From Octopus sinensis (lineage: Eukaryota), in the NCBI RefSeq assembly GCF_006345805.1, contig NC_043020.1, positions 5,766,001-5,830,000 of the forward strand: DNA of 64,000 nucleotides, in the 5' to 3' direction. A model generated the notes under the pieces. The model made no database searches. It was not told where the DNA came from and worked only from the letters and a program-made list of their open reading frames with translations. Shown here in pieces: positions 1-12,320 of the stretch (within the stretch, counting starts at the first letter, position 1; every line of letters begins with the position of its first letter). The position numbers and the translations under genes are program-made.

Positions 1-74
1 TGGATATTTTACCCTTATAAGGCAGCAAAATACCCAATCTTTTTGTTGTTTTCATGGCTATACTGTGTTGGAAG

Positions 75-305
75 GCGAACTGGCAGAAACGTTAGCATGC
101 CGGGCGAAATGCGTAGCCGTACTTCGTCTGCCGTTACATTCTGAGTTCAAATTCCGCTGAGGTCGACTTTGCCTTTCATCCTTTCGGGGTCGATAAATTA
201 AGTACCAGTTACGCACTGGGGTCAATATAATCGACTTAATCCATTTGTCTGTCCTTGTTTGTCCCCCTCTGTGTTTAGCCCCTTGGGGGCAGTAAAGAAA
301 TATAT
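75..305 (+). mobile_element. SINE family B (core gtcgactttgcctttcatcctttcggggtcgataaattaagtaccag); representative copy
   Basis: Repeats at ~4020-4170(-), 5862-6045, 9098-9270(-), 14040-14270, 21745-22000(-), 22100-22310, 29810-29985, 32760-33330(-, tandem), 38270-38460(-), 57390-57800(-, tandem). The core resembles conserved central domains of metazoan SINEs. Confidence 0.8.
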
Positions 306-377
306 ACTGTGTTGGAAATTTTATTTTCTTGTCTGTAAAACACAAAACACATTTGACGCTTCCAAAAGTTTGTTTAC

Positions 378-411
<34 letters not shown>

Positions 412-893
412 CCATCATCATCGTTTTAACGCCCGCTTTCCATGCCATATATATATTTGAATATATACTCTTACACGTAGGGGAGTGCAGCTCTAATTTG
501 TCCCATTTACATATCCACTTATAAGGACAGAAGAGGTGGAGGAAGTGATCAGCACTTCTTTTGAGGTTTCACACCAAAAACTTCAGTCGACAAGGATTTT
601 CACATGCTAATTACAAAAGCTTGCAGAAAATACTTCAAAACAAACAACAAAACAAAGCAAAAACTTGTTATCAACCTCTTTTGCAGCCCTTCCTTAAAAA
701 AAAAAAAAAAAAACCCCTCCTCCACCTTACATCTATCTTTCTTTTGTCATATTCAGTTTAAAACTTGTAAAGACTTGTTCACATGTTCACTCATCACATA
801 GAAAATTTGGAGTACTTGTTCCTGGAATTTCTCAGAATTTGATGCAAGTTCATACCTAGATTATGCTTTGTTCCCCCTGCCTCCCCAGTTTAA

Positions 894-1113
894 CCCTTTC
901 ATTACCAACCCAGCTGAAACTGGCTCTGGCTTTGAGTACAAATATCTTGTTTTCATGAGTTTTGAATTAGAATCTTCCACCAAACCTTAGTCACAATTTA
1001 TGTTCCTAACACTAGCTTAATGATAACTAAGTTGTTTTACTAAATTCTTTATTATATTTAAAGTAATTGAAAGAAACACAGAGCATCTCAAAATAAATAT
1101 GGTAACAAAAGGG
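894..1113. mobile_element. 220-bp piggyBac-like MITE family 1 (CCCTTT...AAAGGG TIRs, TTAA TSD)
   Basis: ttaa|ccctttcattacc ... ggtaacaaaaggg|ttaa. Further copies at 1238-1420 (truncated), 11091-11312 and 11343-11563. Confidence 0.8.
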
Positions 1114-2879
1114 TTAATCTTTTTTGCTCTGTAGAATTTCCACAGGTCCCATTAGTATTGATGTTGAAGATATGAAAGGTGAAGATGACCTCAACAGTAA
1201 TAAAATCATTCTTCCTTTCTTAAATAGCTTCACTTAACCCTTTTGATGCCAATCCGGCTGAAACTGCCTCTGGCTCTGTAGTACAAATGTCTTGTTTTCA
1301 TTAGTTTTGAATTAAAATCTTCCACCAAATCTTAGTCACAATTTATGTTCCTAACACCAGCTTAATGATAACTAAGTTATTTTACTACATTCTTTGTTAT
1401 ATTTTAAATAATTGAAAGAGACCTCACTATATCATTGTTATCTGCTGCCCCCCCCCCCAATCTGTATGTTCTACCCACATGTAACAAGAAAAATTTTCGC
1501 ACACCCTACCCCAACAAACCAATCTACATCTCTACATCTCTTCCTCACATTTCCTCCTTCATGCATTATGCCTACATCTCACTCCCCAATCCTGTCCTCA
1601 CAGCCCTGTTTCTCTGTATCATTGCTATCCGGTAGCCCCCCTCCCCCACTCTATAAATGCCCAAGTTTTTGCCACTCACTCCCCACCTCTACATTCTCTA
1701 ATCACGCTTCTTTTGCAGTATCTTGCCACTTCCATTACAACGTTCGAACCTCAAGGGTATGCCCTGGCACTTTCCACCATCTCTATCTCTGTCTTCCTTC
1801 ACTCAAGCATCCTATTTATATTCTGAGCCTCAACCCTTATGAGTATGCCCAACACTTTGCCACCATCTCTATCCTGATGTCTCCCACTCTCTCTCCTTCT
1901 CCTGCCCTTCCCTCAGGTTGGGTAACCATGTACCTTCTTTGCAGCAGTACACCTATTTCTGTCCTCATTCCTGATCCCTTTCTCTCTCTCCGGCTAGGTA
2001 AACTTGTACTTCCTCTACAGCAACACACGTTTCTGTCTTTGTACTTCCTCTACAGCAACACACGTTTCTTCTGGGCACCCCCTCCAAAAAAAAAAAATCC
2101 TGGCTCCCACCCCTTATACTGCATCCAAAATATCATTTTCTAGTCTGTAATATATTCCTCTACAACAGACACACATGTTTCTGTCTCACTCTAACCTTTC
2201 TTCATCTGACACAAGACCACCCCTTCCAATGTCCCCACTCCTCTCAAAAGACTTTTGTCTAGCAAGTTACTTGGTGACCCTGTCAGTGCAAGTGTCACTT
2301 AAAAAGCATCCAGTCCCCACTGTAAAGTGTTAGCATTTGGAAGGGCATCTAGTTGTAAAAACCTTGCCTGTGCTTGTGCCTCATAAAAAGCACTAAGTCC
2401 ACTCTGCTGAATGGTTGGTGTTAAGAAAGGTGTCCAGCTGTAAAAATCCTGCCAAAACAGTTACAGAAGTCTGGTGCAAGCTTTTGCCTGGCTGGCCCCT
2501 GTCAAAAAACTGTCCCACCAATGCCAGCATGGAAGGTGAACGTTAAGCGTTGATGATTAAACCATGGTTTTACCTTTAAATTACCTACTACTGTATATAA
2601 CAAGGACTTATAACAAGGACTATACATTCTGAGGTAATGCACCAGGAGTGCCTATGGATACATCTATCCCTTAGAAGGTTGAATGACCTCTAACTTATAT
2701 ATATATATATTGGTGTTAGGGAGGGCGTCCAGCTGTAAAAATCCTGCCAAAACAGTCACAGAAGTCTGGTGCAGGATTCTGCCTGCCCGGCTCCTGTCAA
2801 ACCGTTCCACCAATGCCAGCATGAAAGGTGGACGTTAAACGATGATGATGATTATGAATATATATAAATAGTATATAAA

Positions 2880-3297
2880 TAGGTGCAGGAGTGGCTGTGT
2901 GGTAAGTAGCTTGTTTACCAACCAAATGGTTCTGGGTTCAGTCCCACTGCGTGGCATCTTGGGCAAGTGTCTTCTACTATAGCCCCGGGCCGACCAATGC
3001 CTTGTGAGTGGATTTGGTAGACGGAAACTGAAAGAAGCCTGTCGTATATATGTATATATATGTATGTGTGTATGTGTGTTTGTGTGTCTGTGTTTGTCCC
3101 CCTAGCATTGCTTGACAACCGATGCTGGTGTGTTTATGTCCCCGTTACCTAGCGGTTCGGCAAAAGAGACCGATAGAATAAGTACTGGGCTTACAAAGAA
3201 TAAGTGCCGGGGTCGATTTGCTCGACTAAAGGCGGTGCTCCAGCATGGCCGCAGTCAAATGACTGAAACAAGTAAAAAGAGAAAAAGAGTAAAGAGT
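2880..3297 (+). mobile_element. tRNA-derived SINE family A (~400 bp, internal (TA)n(TG)n, (AAAGAGT)n tail); representative copy
   Basis: A-box-like tggctgtgtggtaa and B-box-like ggttcagtccc head. Near-identical copies at 7527-7936(-), 10703-11080(+), 20657-21083(+), 24147-24550(-), 28906-29312(-), 31393-31795(+), 34327-34735(+), 35814-36230(+), 46514-46900(+), 49620-50185(-), 60485-60700(-), 61165-61940(-). Confidence 0.85.
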
Positions 3298-6249
3298 AAT
3301 TTTTGTTGTCACTTTTGTGTGGCTGTTCCATGCAGATCATTGTTACTACAATTTAACCCTAGGAAGATATCTTTTTCCCAGCTGGTTAACGACACACAAC
3401 CTGTGTCTGCTTTGTTGCAACTAAGGGAGTGAACCATGGAAGGGAGTGGTTCGCTCCCTTACTTGCAATATAACAGACACAGCTGGGTTTAGATTGTACT
3501 AATATTGTTTCTGCATAGAAGTCATGCAAAAGTGACAACAAAGATTGTACTGTTTAGTATTGTTACTACTTGAAACACTTTCAGAGATTTTAAAACCAGC
3601 TACTTTAGCTAATATAAATAAATAAACATCACATTTGACAGAATAATCTGAACACTTAAAGGATAAACATTGGTGACTTGGCTCATCGTCATTTAACAAT
3701 TTGTGTTCCATGCTGGCATGGGTCAGAAGAGTTGACAGGATTTGACGGGCCCCAAGGGCTGCACGGTGCTCCAGGGTCTGCCTTGGCATGGTTTCAATAA
3801 CCGGATGTCCATACCAATGTCGGTTATTTTACAGTAGCAGTTCTCATCTGCACCTCCCAGAAATGCAAGCAGCCCTCAACGGTCTTATAAATATTTTTTT
3901 TGTCTTTTAGTTTTTTTTGTATTCCCTATCCCCACCCCACTCCACTTCCCTAAAAATTCGAGTTTGGGGATCTGACTCAGATATTAAGTTTCAAAATTTT
4001 TGACAGAAGGCCAGCAATTTCAGGAAGTGGGTAAGTCGATTACATCAACCCCAGTATTCAACTGGTACTTATTTTATCGACCCCGAAAGGATGAAAGGCA
4101 AGGTCAACTTCAACAGGGTTTGAACTCAGAACGCGACAATGGATGAAATGCCACTAAGCATCTGGCCCAGATATGAAGAAGCATGTAGTGGGTGCTTTTT
4201 TTAATGCCACCATGCAGGGGTTTTTTTTTTGTCTTTTGCAGGACAACCCCAAGTGGGGCAATTTTATGTTAGGAGTTGAAGAACAGAAAGGGTTAAATTA
4301 TGAAAGAAAAAGGCCAGAGAAGAACAGGTTTCTTCTTAGAGGAATTCTGCGATTACTCATTTTAGAAGAGAGGGTGGGAGCAATCAGTTGGGTTGGGAAT
4401 TGTTCTTGGTTTTTTTGTTAAGTCTTAACACTTATTGCAATCAGTATCTTAACACTTTAGATACAAACTCATCCAAAGCTGTCCCTGGTTCAATAATACA
4501 AAATCCTGTTTTGAAGTGATCTAAATTAAAACCTACCATTGAAATTTCAAGTGACTCTGAGTGAGTCATTATGATAGCAGTGATGTTTCATCGCTACCAT
4601 GACAACCAACTTTATTTCTTCTTTAAATATAAGTTTGAATGCTGAGTCAATGAAGAGGAATTTCACTAGATGAAATCTCCAAGTGGTTTAAATGCACAAG
4701 TCTCCGATATCCAAGTGGCTAAAAAGCATCAGCAGAAAGGCACCCAGGTACCATGACCTGGATCCTTTAGAGTGTGAAAAGTTAAGTGCTGAAATACTTA
4801 CCTGAGGTGGGTTGCTTCTCTGGAAACCTTCTACTGTTCAGCTTTCTTGAGAGTTTTTTTTATTAGTTAGAAACACTAGCTTCATCATCATCATCGTTTA
4901 ATGTCCGCTTTCCATGCTGGCATGGGTTGGGCGGTTTGACTGAGGATTGGTGAGCCAGGGCTGCACCAGGCTCAATCTGGTCTGGCAAAGTTTCTACAGC
5001 TTGATGCCCTTCCTAATGCCAACCACTCCGAGAGAGCAATGGGTGAATCGTTATTTTAATGTCCAGTTTTCCATGCTTGCATGGGTCAGATGGAGTTTAT
5101 AAAAGCAGATGTTGGATGCCCTTCCTGTTGCCAACCCTCACATTATATATATATATACACACACACACACATATATATACATTATTTAATGAACACAATA
5201 AATGTTTTGATGTGCTACTATTAGTTTCATGTGCTGAGAACATGCCAGTGTTTATTAACACATCTGGTGTCCTGGCACAATCATCAGATGATTGTGCTAG
5301 GACAGCAGATGTGTTCATAAATGCTGTTTGGCATGTTCTCAGCACATAAAAATGTGTATATTAAATATTTATCACTCACCAGATGGAGTACTTTTTTGTT
5401 GACCATACCATCACAGATCAGTGCATATATATATATATATATATGATAGGTTTCTTTTAGTTTTCATCTAAAAAAATTAAAACACAGGACTTTGGCCAGC
5501 CTAGAGTTAGAGAAGATACTCTCCCATGGTGCCACATAGTGAGAACTGAACCTGGAACCATGTGGTTGGTAAGCAAATTTCTTACCACATAGCCACACCT
5601 GTGCCTATGATGGTCAATTCCAAAGACTGGGAATAAAATAAGTATTACCATTGACAGAATGCTGAAGGGCTCAAAAGAAAACTTGATGGATGCTGACAGC
5701 TCCATAAAGAAGTGCCGATCTCTGAAAGAAGTTAGAACACATGGAAGACATTGGATGAAGTATTGAAGGACAACCTCTGGATGCTGAACCTTTAAAACAA
5801 GATGACAAAGGATCAAGATGCCTGGCACCTTGCTGTACTCCAAAGGAACGGTATTCCACAGCGAGCTGGCAGAATCTTTAGCACGCCGGGCGAAATGCGT
5901 AGCCGTATTTCATCTGCTGTTATGTCCTGAGTTCAAATTCCGCCGAGGTCGACTTTGCCTTTCATCCTTTCGGGATCGATAAATTAAGTACCAGTTACGC
6001 AGAGGGGTCGATGTAATCGACTTAATCCGTTTGTCTGTCCTTGTTTAGCAGAAGTGTTAAGACTGGTCCCACTAGTGGTGTAAAACACTCACAGCAGTGC
6101 CATCTAAAAGCACCCAGCACACTCTGCAAATTGCTTGGCATTTAGAAGGGCATCCTGCCCTAGACACTTCAAAATCAAACTGGAGTCAGGTGCAGCTCAC
6201 GAGCTTGCCAGCACTGGTCAAACCATCCAACCCATGCCAGCATGGACAT

Positions 6250-6283
<34 letters not shown>

Positions 6284-6323
6284 CACACACAAAACGAAAA
6301 CACTGAAATTGTATTATTATATT

Positions 6324-6355
6324 TTTATTCTCTCCTCCCCTACTGTAAATTTATT
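6324..6355 (-). terminator. Candidate polyadenylation signals (two AATAAA) of ATP5F1C
   Basis: tttatt on + at 6350-6355 and 6324-6329, ~140-170 nt downstream of the stop codon. Confidence 0.45.
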
Positions 6356-6496
6356 TTTAATGCTAAAAAAAAAAAATGGTCTTTTCTTTTCTTTTTGATA
6401 AGTCATCTACAACGATGCAGCTTCTTCAGGTAAAAATGAACACGACCAGGTGAGAAAGAGAAGAGAGCTTTCGTCTGTTAATAGATGGGAAGATTC

Positions 6497-6597
6497 TTAC
6501 AAAGCTGCCGCACCAGAAATAATTTCTATCAACTCTCTTGTGATGACGGCCTGCCTGGTTCGGTTGTAGGTCAATGTCAGTTTGTCAATCATTTCAC
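6497..6597 (-). CDS. ATP5F1C: ATP synthase F1 gamma, exon 7 ([33 protein letters not shown])
   Basis: ATP synthase gamma C-terminal signature [16 protein letters not shown]. ttgcag acceptor; TAA at 6499-6497. Confidence 0.97.
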
Positions 6598-6629
6598 CTG
6601 CAATCAAACAGAAAATATATATATATATA

Positions 6630-6950
6630 AGCAAAGGTATGTAGTTTAGTGGTTAAGATGTTTGGCTCATAATCGTAAGGTCGGGAGTTCGATTCCTGGT
6701 GGCATTTTGTGCCCTTGAGCAAGACACTTTATTTTCATGTTGCTACAGTCCATTCAGTAGGCAAAAACGAGTTGTACCTGTAATTCATAGTGGGCCACCC
6801 TTGTCACATTCTGTGTCATGCTGAATCTCCCTGAGAACTACATTAAGGTTATGCATGTCTGTGGAGTACTCAGCCACTTGCACATTAATTTCATGAGCTG
6901 GCCGTTCCATTGATTGGATCAACTGGAACTCCTGTCATTTTAATTGACGA
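6630..6950 (+). mobile_element. tRNA-derived SINE family C; representative copy
   Basis: tagtggttaag...ggagttcgattcc head. Copies at 6980-7075, 8785-9095 and 49130-49450(-). Confidence 0.75.
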
Positions 6951-7526
6951 GGTATTGGTGTGCATGTGTGTATAGAGAAAGCATGTGGCTTAGCGGTTAG
7001 GGCATTTGGCTCATGATCACAAGGTCAGGAGTTCAATTCCTGGCAACATGTTGCGTCCTTGAGCAAGACACTTTAAACGATGATGATGATGAAACTTTAC
7101 TAGTCTGAATTACTGTGGACCCTCCAATAATCTTATATGGACGTGATCGTTGCCAGAGCGGCTATCTGACCTCCGTGCCGGTGGCACGTAAAAAGCACCA
7201 TTCGAGCATGATCGTTACCAGCATCGCCTTACTGGCACATGTAAAAGATTCAAGCGAGGTTGTTGCCAGTACTGCCTGACTGGCACCCCGTGCCGGTGGC
7301 ACGTAAAAGCACCCATTACACTCTCGGAGTGGTTGGCGTTAGGAAGGGCATCCAGCTGTAGAAACTCTGCTAAATCAAGATTGAAGCCTGGTGCAGCCAT
7401 CTGGTTCGCCAGCCCTCAGTCATTCGTCCAACCCATGCTAGCATGGAAAGCGGACGTTAAACGATGATGATGATGATGGACCCCATTTGAGAACCCCTAA
7501 AGAGACTCCCTCACTGGCCCAACTCT

Positions 7527-7719
7527 CTTTTACTCTTTTACCTGTTTCAGTCATTTGACTGCGGCCATGCTGGAGCACCGCCTTTAGTCGAGCAAATCGA
7601 CCCCGGGACTTATTCTATCGGTCTCTTTTGCCGAACCGCTAAGTGACGGGGATGTAAACACACCAGCATCGGTTGTCAAGCAATGCTAGGGGGACAAACA
7701 CACACACATACACACACAC

Positions 7720-7768
<49 letters not shown>

Positions 7769-7936
7769 TATGACAGGCTTCTTTCAGTTTCCGTCTACCA
7801 AATCCACTCACAAGGCATTGGTCGGCCCGGGGCTATAGCAGAAGACACTTGCCCAAGATGCCACGCAGTGGGACTGAACCCGGAACCATGTGGTTGGTTA
7901 GCAAGCTACTTACCACACAGCCACTCCTGCGCCTAT
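7527..7936 (-). mobile_element. SINE family A copy in ATP5F1C intron 6 (sense to the gene)
   Basis: Full head-to-tail copy; head 138 nt from the exon 6 donor. Confidence 0.85.
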
Positions 7937-8075
7937 TGTTACTGATATCTCACATACCAGCACCAGCATTTCTCAGAGATACAAAGCACAAATAGGAAAA
8001 AGAGGAGAGATAGAGGAGGTGGGGAGATGGAGGAAAGCGATGCCAGATTGGTGAATCTAAGGCAGCAGTACTTAC

Positions 8076-8296
8076 CGGCATTCTTGGTGGCTCCATCCAT
8101 GGCAGTCATTCTTGAACTCTGTTCACTGCAAGCAGATTCCTTCATACTGTAGAACAGCTTACTGACCAGAGCATATTCGTTATAGGAGACTAACACCTCT
8201 TCATCTATACTGTCGTAGACAGGTAATTTCTCTGACTGGTTAACAGCGTCAAGGGAGAAGATAGGTATCTGAGAAGTCTTGTATGAAACGACACTC
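8076..8296 (-). CDS. ATP5F1C: ATP synthase F1 gamma, exon 6 (SVVSYKT...YSMKESACSEQSSRMTAMDGATKNAG)
   Basis: Conserved SEQSSRMTAMD motif. cctgtag acceptor, GTAAGT donor, 221 nt. Confidence 0.97.
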
Positions 8297-8394
8297 CTAC
8301 AGGTAAATGTAAATAAAGGAAGACATGTAAAGCAGGTGGTGGGAAATAAATCAAAATCGAAATCTTTCAACATCAATGGAAATTGTAGCTGAGA

Positions 8395-8780
8395 TACCAG
8401 TGCCGGTGGCACGTAAGAGAACTGTCCGAACGTGGCCGTTGCCAGCGCCGCCCCAACTGGCTTCCGTGCCGGTGGCACGTAAACAGCACCATCCGATTGT
8501 GGTCATTGCCAGTCACGTCCGGACCCCGTGCCGGTGGCAGTAAAAAGAGCACCATCCGATCGTGGCCGTTTGCCAGCCTCGTCAGGCACCTATGCAGGTG
8601 GTACATAAAAAGCATCCACTACACTCACGGAGTGGTTGGCGTTAGGAAGGGCATCCAGCTGTAGAAACACTGCCAGATCAGACTGGGCCTGGCGCAGCCT
8701 CCTGGCTTCCCAGACCTCAGTTGAACCGTCCAACCCATGCCAGCATGGAAAACGGACGTTAAATGATGATGATGATGAGT
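8395..8780 (+). mobile_element. RTE-3'UTR-derived short element (family E) with GTGCCnnnGGCAC modules and (GAT)n tail; representative copy
   Basis: Identical to the 3' end of the RTE LINE at 19100-19720. Other copies at ~2290-2850, 4880-5045(-), 6060-6285, 7150-7460, 9790-10200, 13030-13260, 16790-16975, 20090-20335, 27100-27530, 38990-39430, 40320-40520(-), 41330-41840, 55600-55850, 59225-59540(-). Confidence 0.8.
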
Positions 8781-9520
8781 TGTTAAAGACGTGTAGCTTA
8801 GTGGTTATGGTATTCAGCTCATGATTGTAAGGTCACTGGTTTCGATTCCCGGTGGCTTGCTGTGTCCTTGACGAAGACACTTCATTTCACATTGCTCCAG
8901 TCCACTCAGCTGGCAAAAAAATGCAAAGTACCTGTATTTCAAATGGCTAGCCTTGCCACATCCCGTGTCATGCTGGAATCTCATTGAGAACTACGTTAAG
9001 GGTATGCATGTCTGTGGAGCGCTCAGCCACTTGCATGTTAATGTCATGAGCAGGCTGTTCCGTTGATCGGATCAACTGGAACACTCATTGTCATAACTTA
9101 TTTCTTTACTACCCACAAGGGGCTAAACACAGAGAGGACAAACAAGGACAGACAAACAGATTAAGTCAATTATATCGACCCCAGTGCGTAACTGGTACTT
9201 ATTTAATCGACCCCGAAAAGATGAAAGGCAAAGTCGACCTCGGCGGAATTTGAACTCAGAACGTAGTCATAACCAATGGAGTGCCAGGGTCATATCCCAT
9301 GTGATACACAGGACAGGCAAAGGGGTAAAGCTTTCTGTCAGTCGTCAGCTTTTAAATTTGTAGCCCCCCCTCCCCTTACCTAGTTTGCAACCCCTTACAT
9401 TAAGGAGTTGTCATCTTTGGCTCATTGTCAAAATATATCTTCATTGAGTCTTCCCAATAAATATTACTATGGTCAATGATAAGGAGCTTTCTGGTCTGGT
9501 ACACACTATCATGACCTTAA

Positions 9521-10243
9521 CCCTTTAGCATTTAACCTGGCCATGCCAGAATATTCTACCTGTTTCATGTTCAAACTGGCCAGATCCAGCCTCTCACACC
9601 TGGCCCTACAATGTCATCCTAAAAATATATATTATCACATTGTCAAACTCTTGAAGCTACAAGATAATGCATGAATGATTTAATTCTGTTAATCGTCATC
9701 TTTTAAATTTGTAGGACCCCTTCTTTACCCCTTTCTGCACCTCTCCAGATTACCAGTTCCAGTCAAACCATCTAACCCCAGGCAAATCAAATCACAATCA
9801 AATGGAAATTGTAGTCGGTGGCACATAAAAAGCACCTTTTGAACGTAGTCGATGCCAGCCCCCTCGCCTTGACTGGCTCCTGTGCCGGTGGCATGCAAAA
9901 AGCACCACCCAAACGTGGCCGATGCCAGCACTGCCTTGATTGGCTCCTGTGCCGGTGGCAGGTAAAAAGCACCATCCGAACATGGCCAATGCCAGCCCAC
10001 CCTCTGGCCCCTGCACTAGGGTAGCACATAAAAAGCACCCACTACACTCTCAGAGTGGTTGGTGTTAGGAAGGGCATCCAACTGTAGAAACACTACCAGA
10101 TCAGACTGGAGTCTGGTGCAGCTACCTGGCTTCTCAGACCCCAGACGAACCGTACAACCCATTCCAGCATGGAAAACGGACATTAAACGATGATGATGAA
10201 TTCAAAACAACATGAATGACAGAGTAAGCTGAATGCTAAAGGG
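9521..10243. mobile_element. MITE family 2 copy with a nested ~510-bp RTE-derived insertion (ATP5F1C intron 5)
   Basis: TTAA at 9517-9520 and 10244-10247. MITE sequence breaks at ~9688 and resumes at ~10198. Confidence 0.75.
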
Positions 10244-10518
10244 TTAAGCCATCCATCAGCTACATGTCAAGATGAGAAATTTTATTTTATCTCATTTTAG
10301 AATCACCATCAGTTGTCATTTTTATGTGTTTTTCTTTTCCCATGCTGGCATGAGTTGGACGAGACTTGTCAAAGAAGACAGCTACACAGGGTGAAGCAAT
10401 AACGAGCTTAATTGTTTTCTTTCTGCAAGCCAACGTGCCTCTCCTGCCATAGGCTTCCAAACACACCTGGACAAAAACCACATGCCAAAAAGACAAAAAA
10501 AAAAAATATCACACTTAC

Positions 10519-10662
10519 CTGAAATAATTATAGAACAAAGTTCCATGATCAAACTTGTAACCGGAGTCTAAAATGGCAGAGGCTACCAGCGAAGCATCGG
10601 CAAAGGTTGGTGGTTTCTTACCAACGTTACTGAAGACCAACATGATCTTATCACTCATCACC
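10519..10662 (-). CDS. ATP5F1C: ATP synthase F1 gamma, exon 5 (VMSDKIMLVFSNVGKKPPTFADASLVASAILDSGYKFDHGTLFYNYFR)
   Basis: Matches human GRKPPTFGDAS...SGYEFDEG. ctccag acceptor, GTAAGT donor, 144 nt. Confidence 0.97.
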
Positions 10663-10702
10663 CTGGAGAATAAAGAAAGAAGAAAAATATAAAGAAATAC
10701 AA

Positions 10703-11080
10703 ATAGGCGCAGGAGTGGCTGTGTGGTAAGTAGCTTGCTAACCAACCACATGGTTCCGGGTTCAGTCCCACTGCGTGGCATCTTGGGCAAGTGTCTTCTG
10801 CTATAGCCCCGGGCCGACCAAAGCCTTGTGAGTGGATTTGGTAGACGGAAACTGAAAGAAGCCTGTCGTATATATGTATATATATATATGCATGTGTGTG
10901 TGTTTGTGTGTGTGTGTTTGTCCCCCTAACATTGCTTGACAACCGATGCTGGTGTGTTTACGTCCCCGTCACTTAGCAGTTCGGCAAAAAGAGACCGATA
11001 GAATAAGTACTGGGCTTACAAAGAATAAGTCCTGGGGGTCAATTTGCTCGACTAAAGGCGGTGCTCCAGCATGGCCGCAG
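10703..11080 (+). mobile_element. SINE family A copy in ATP5F1C intron 4 (antisense to the gene), 3' end cut by a MITE
   Basis: Head 39 nt from the exon 5 acceptor; sequence stops at atggccgcag just before the 11091 MITE. Confidence 0.85.
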
Positions 11081-12320
11081 TCTTGCCTACCCCTTTTGTT
11101 ACCAATCCGCCTGAAACCACCTCTGGTTTTGTAGTACAAATGTCTTGTTTCCATAAGTTTTGAATTAAAATCTTCCATCAAACCTTAGTCACAATTTATG
11201 TTCCCAACACTAACTGAATGATAACTAAGTTATTTTACTAAATTCTTTGTTATATTTAAAATTAATTGAAAGAAACACAGAGCATCCCAAAATAAATACG
11301 GTAACGAAAGGGTTAAGGAGAAGATTGGCACAAATGGGTTAACCCTTTTGATACCAACCTGGCTGAACCCACCTCTGGCACTGAGTACAAATGTCTTGTT
11401 TTCTTAAGTTTTGAATTAAAATCTTCCACCAAACCTTAGTCACAATTTATGTTCCTAACATTAACTTAATGATAACTAAGTTATTTTACTAAATTCTTTG
11501 TTATATTTAGAATTAATTGAAAGAAACTGAGAGCATCTCCACAGAAATATGGTAACAAAAGGGCTACAGTTTAATACAGTGCTTTGCAAAAGTGGATGGC
11601 AATGCTCTCCTAGGGATAGCAGCAGAAAAATGTTTATGGGTACTGGAGACATAAAGGGGGCACTAGGAAGCAAGAGAGGGATCTGTATTTTTTTTTTTTT
11701 CAAGTGTTTGTCCCTTATTCAAATCATCAATATATACAGGCATGAATGTACCATCATCATCATCATCATTTAACACCCATGTTCCATGCTGGCAGGAGTC
11801 AGATGGTTTGACTAGCTTGAGGGATGTATTGATCTTTAGTCTCCGATTTGGTAACGTTTCTCTTGCTGGATGCCCTCCCAGAGGTCCACCACTTTACAGA
11901 ATGACTTGAGCACAATTTTTTTGTTTTCTTTATGGTACCAGCACTTATGGGGTCGCCAAATATCTTACAAGACAAGACCCCTTCAAAGAGTGAGAGGGCA
12001 CTAAGAGAGGTAGCACTGTGCCGAGTGTTGGGGAGGATAAAATATGATGGACGGACAGCAACAGGTTCCATGCTGTAGGAGAGATTACACAGGTACCCAA
12101 GAATGGAGAGAAAGGCACGTCTGGTAAGTTCATCATCATTAATTCACGACAGGGGAAGTTCACTGTCATCAATTCACTGTTATTTTTCCATAAAATAGAT
12201 TTTAACTATTAATGGTGGGCCTCATGGTGGCAATGACAGTCTATTTGGAATTATGCCATGCTTGAGAAGAAGACCCATCAAGCCAAGTAAAAACATAGTC
12301 ATAGCAGATACCAGTGTCAT

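Noticed and set aside
521-1237. Exon-like stretches near the window start (e.g. ctctgtag|A ATT TCC ACA GGT... ISTGPISIDVEDMKGEDDLNSNK)
   Set aside because: Short frames that end in stops or run into MITEs, with no consistent phase chain or recognisable homology; too weak to call.
1412-2143. 243-aa ORF
   Set aside because: Low-complexity C/T-rich sequence giving an S/P/L/H-biased translation, with no domain and no splice support.
2880-2960. tRNA genes at SINE heads (also 6640, 6980, 8790, 37912, 59842)
   Set aside because: A/B boxes are present but there is no complete cloverleaf or acceptor stem, and each continues into a shared multicopy body; these are SINE heads.
4795-4805. ATACTTACCTG as the 5' end of a U1 snRNA gene
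   Set aside because: Downstream sequence does not continue as U1 (no GCAGGGGAGATACC or stem-loops). It is simply the reverse complement of a donor consensus.
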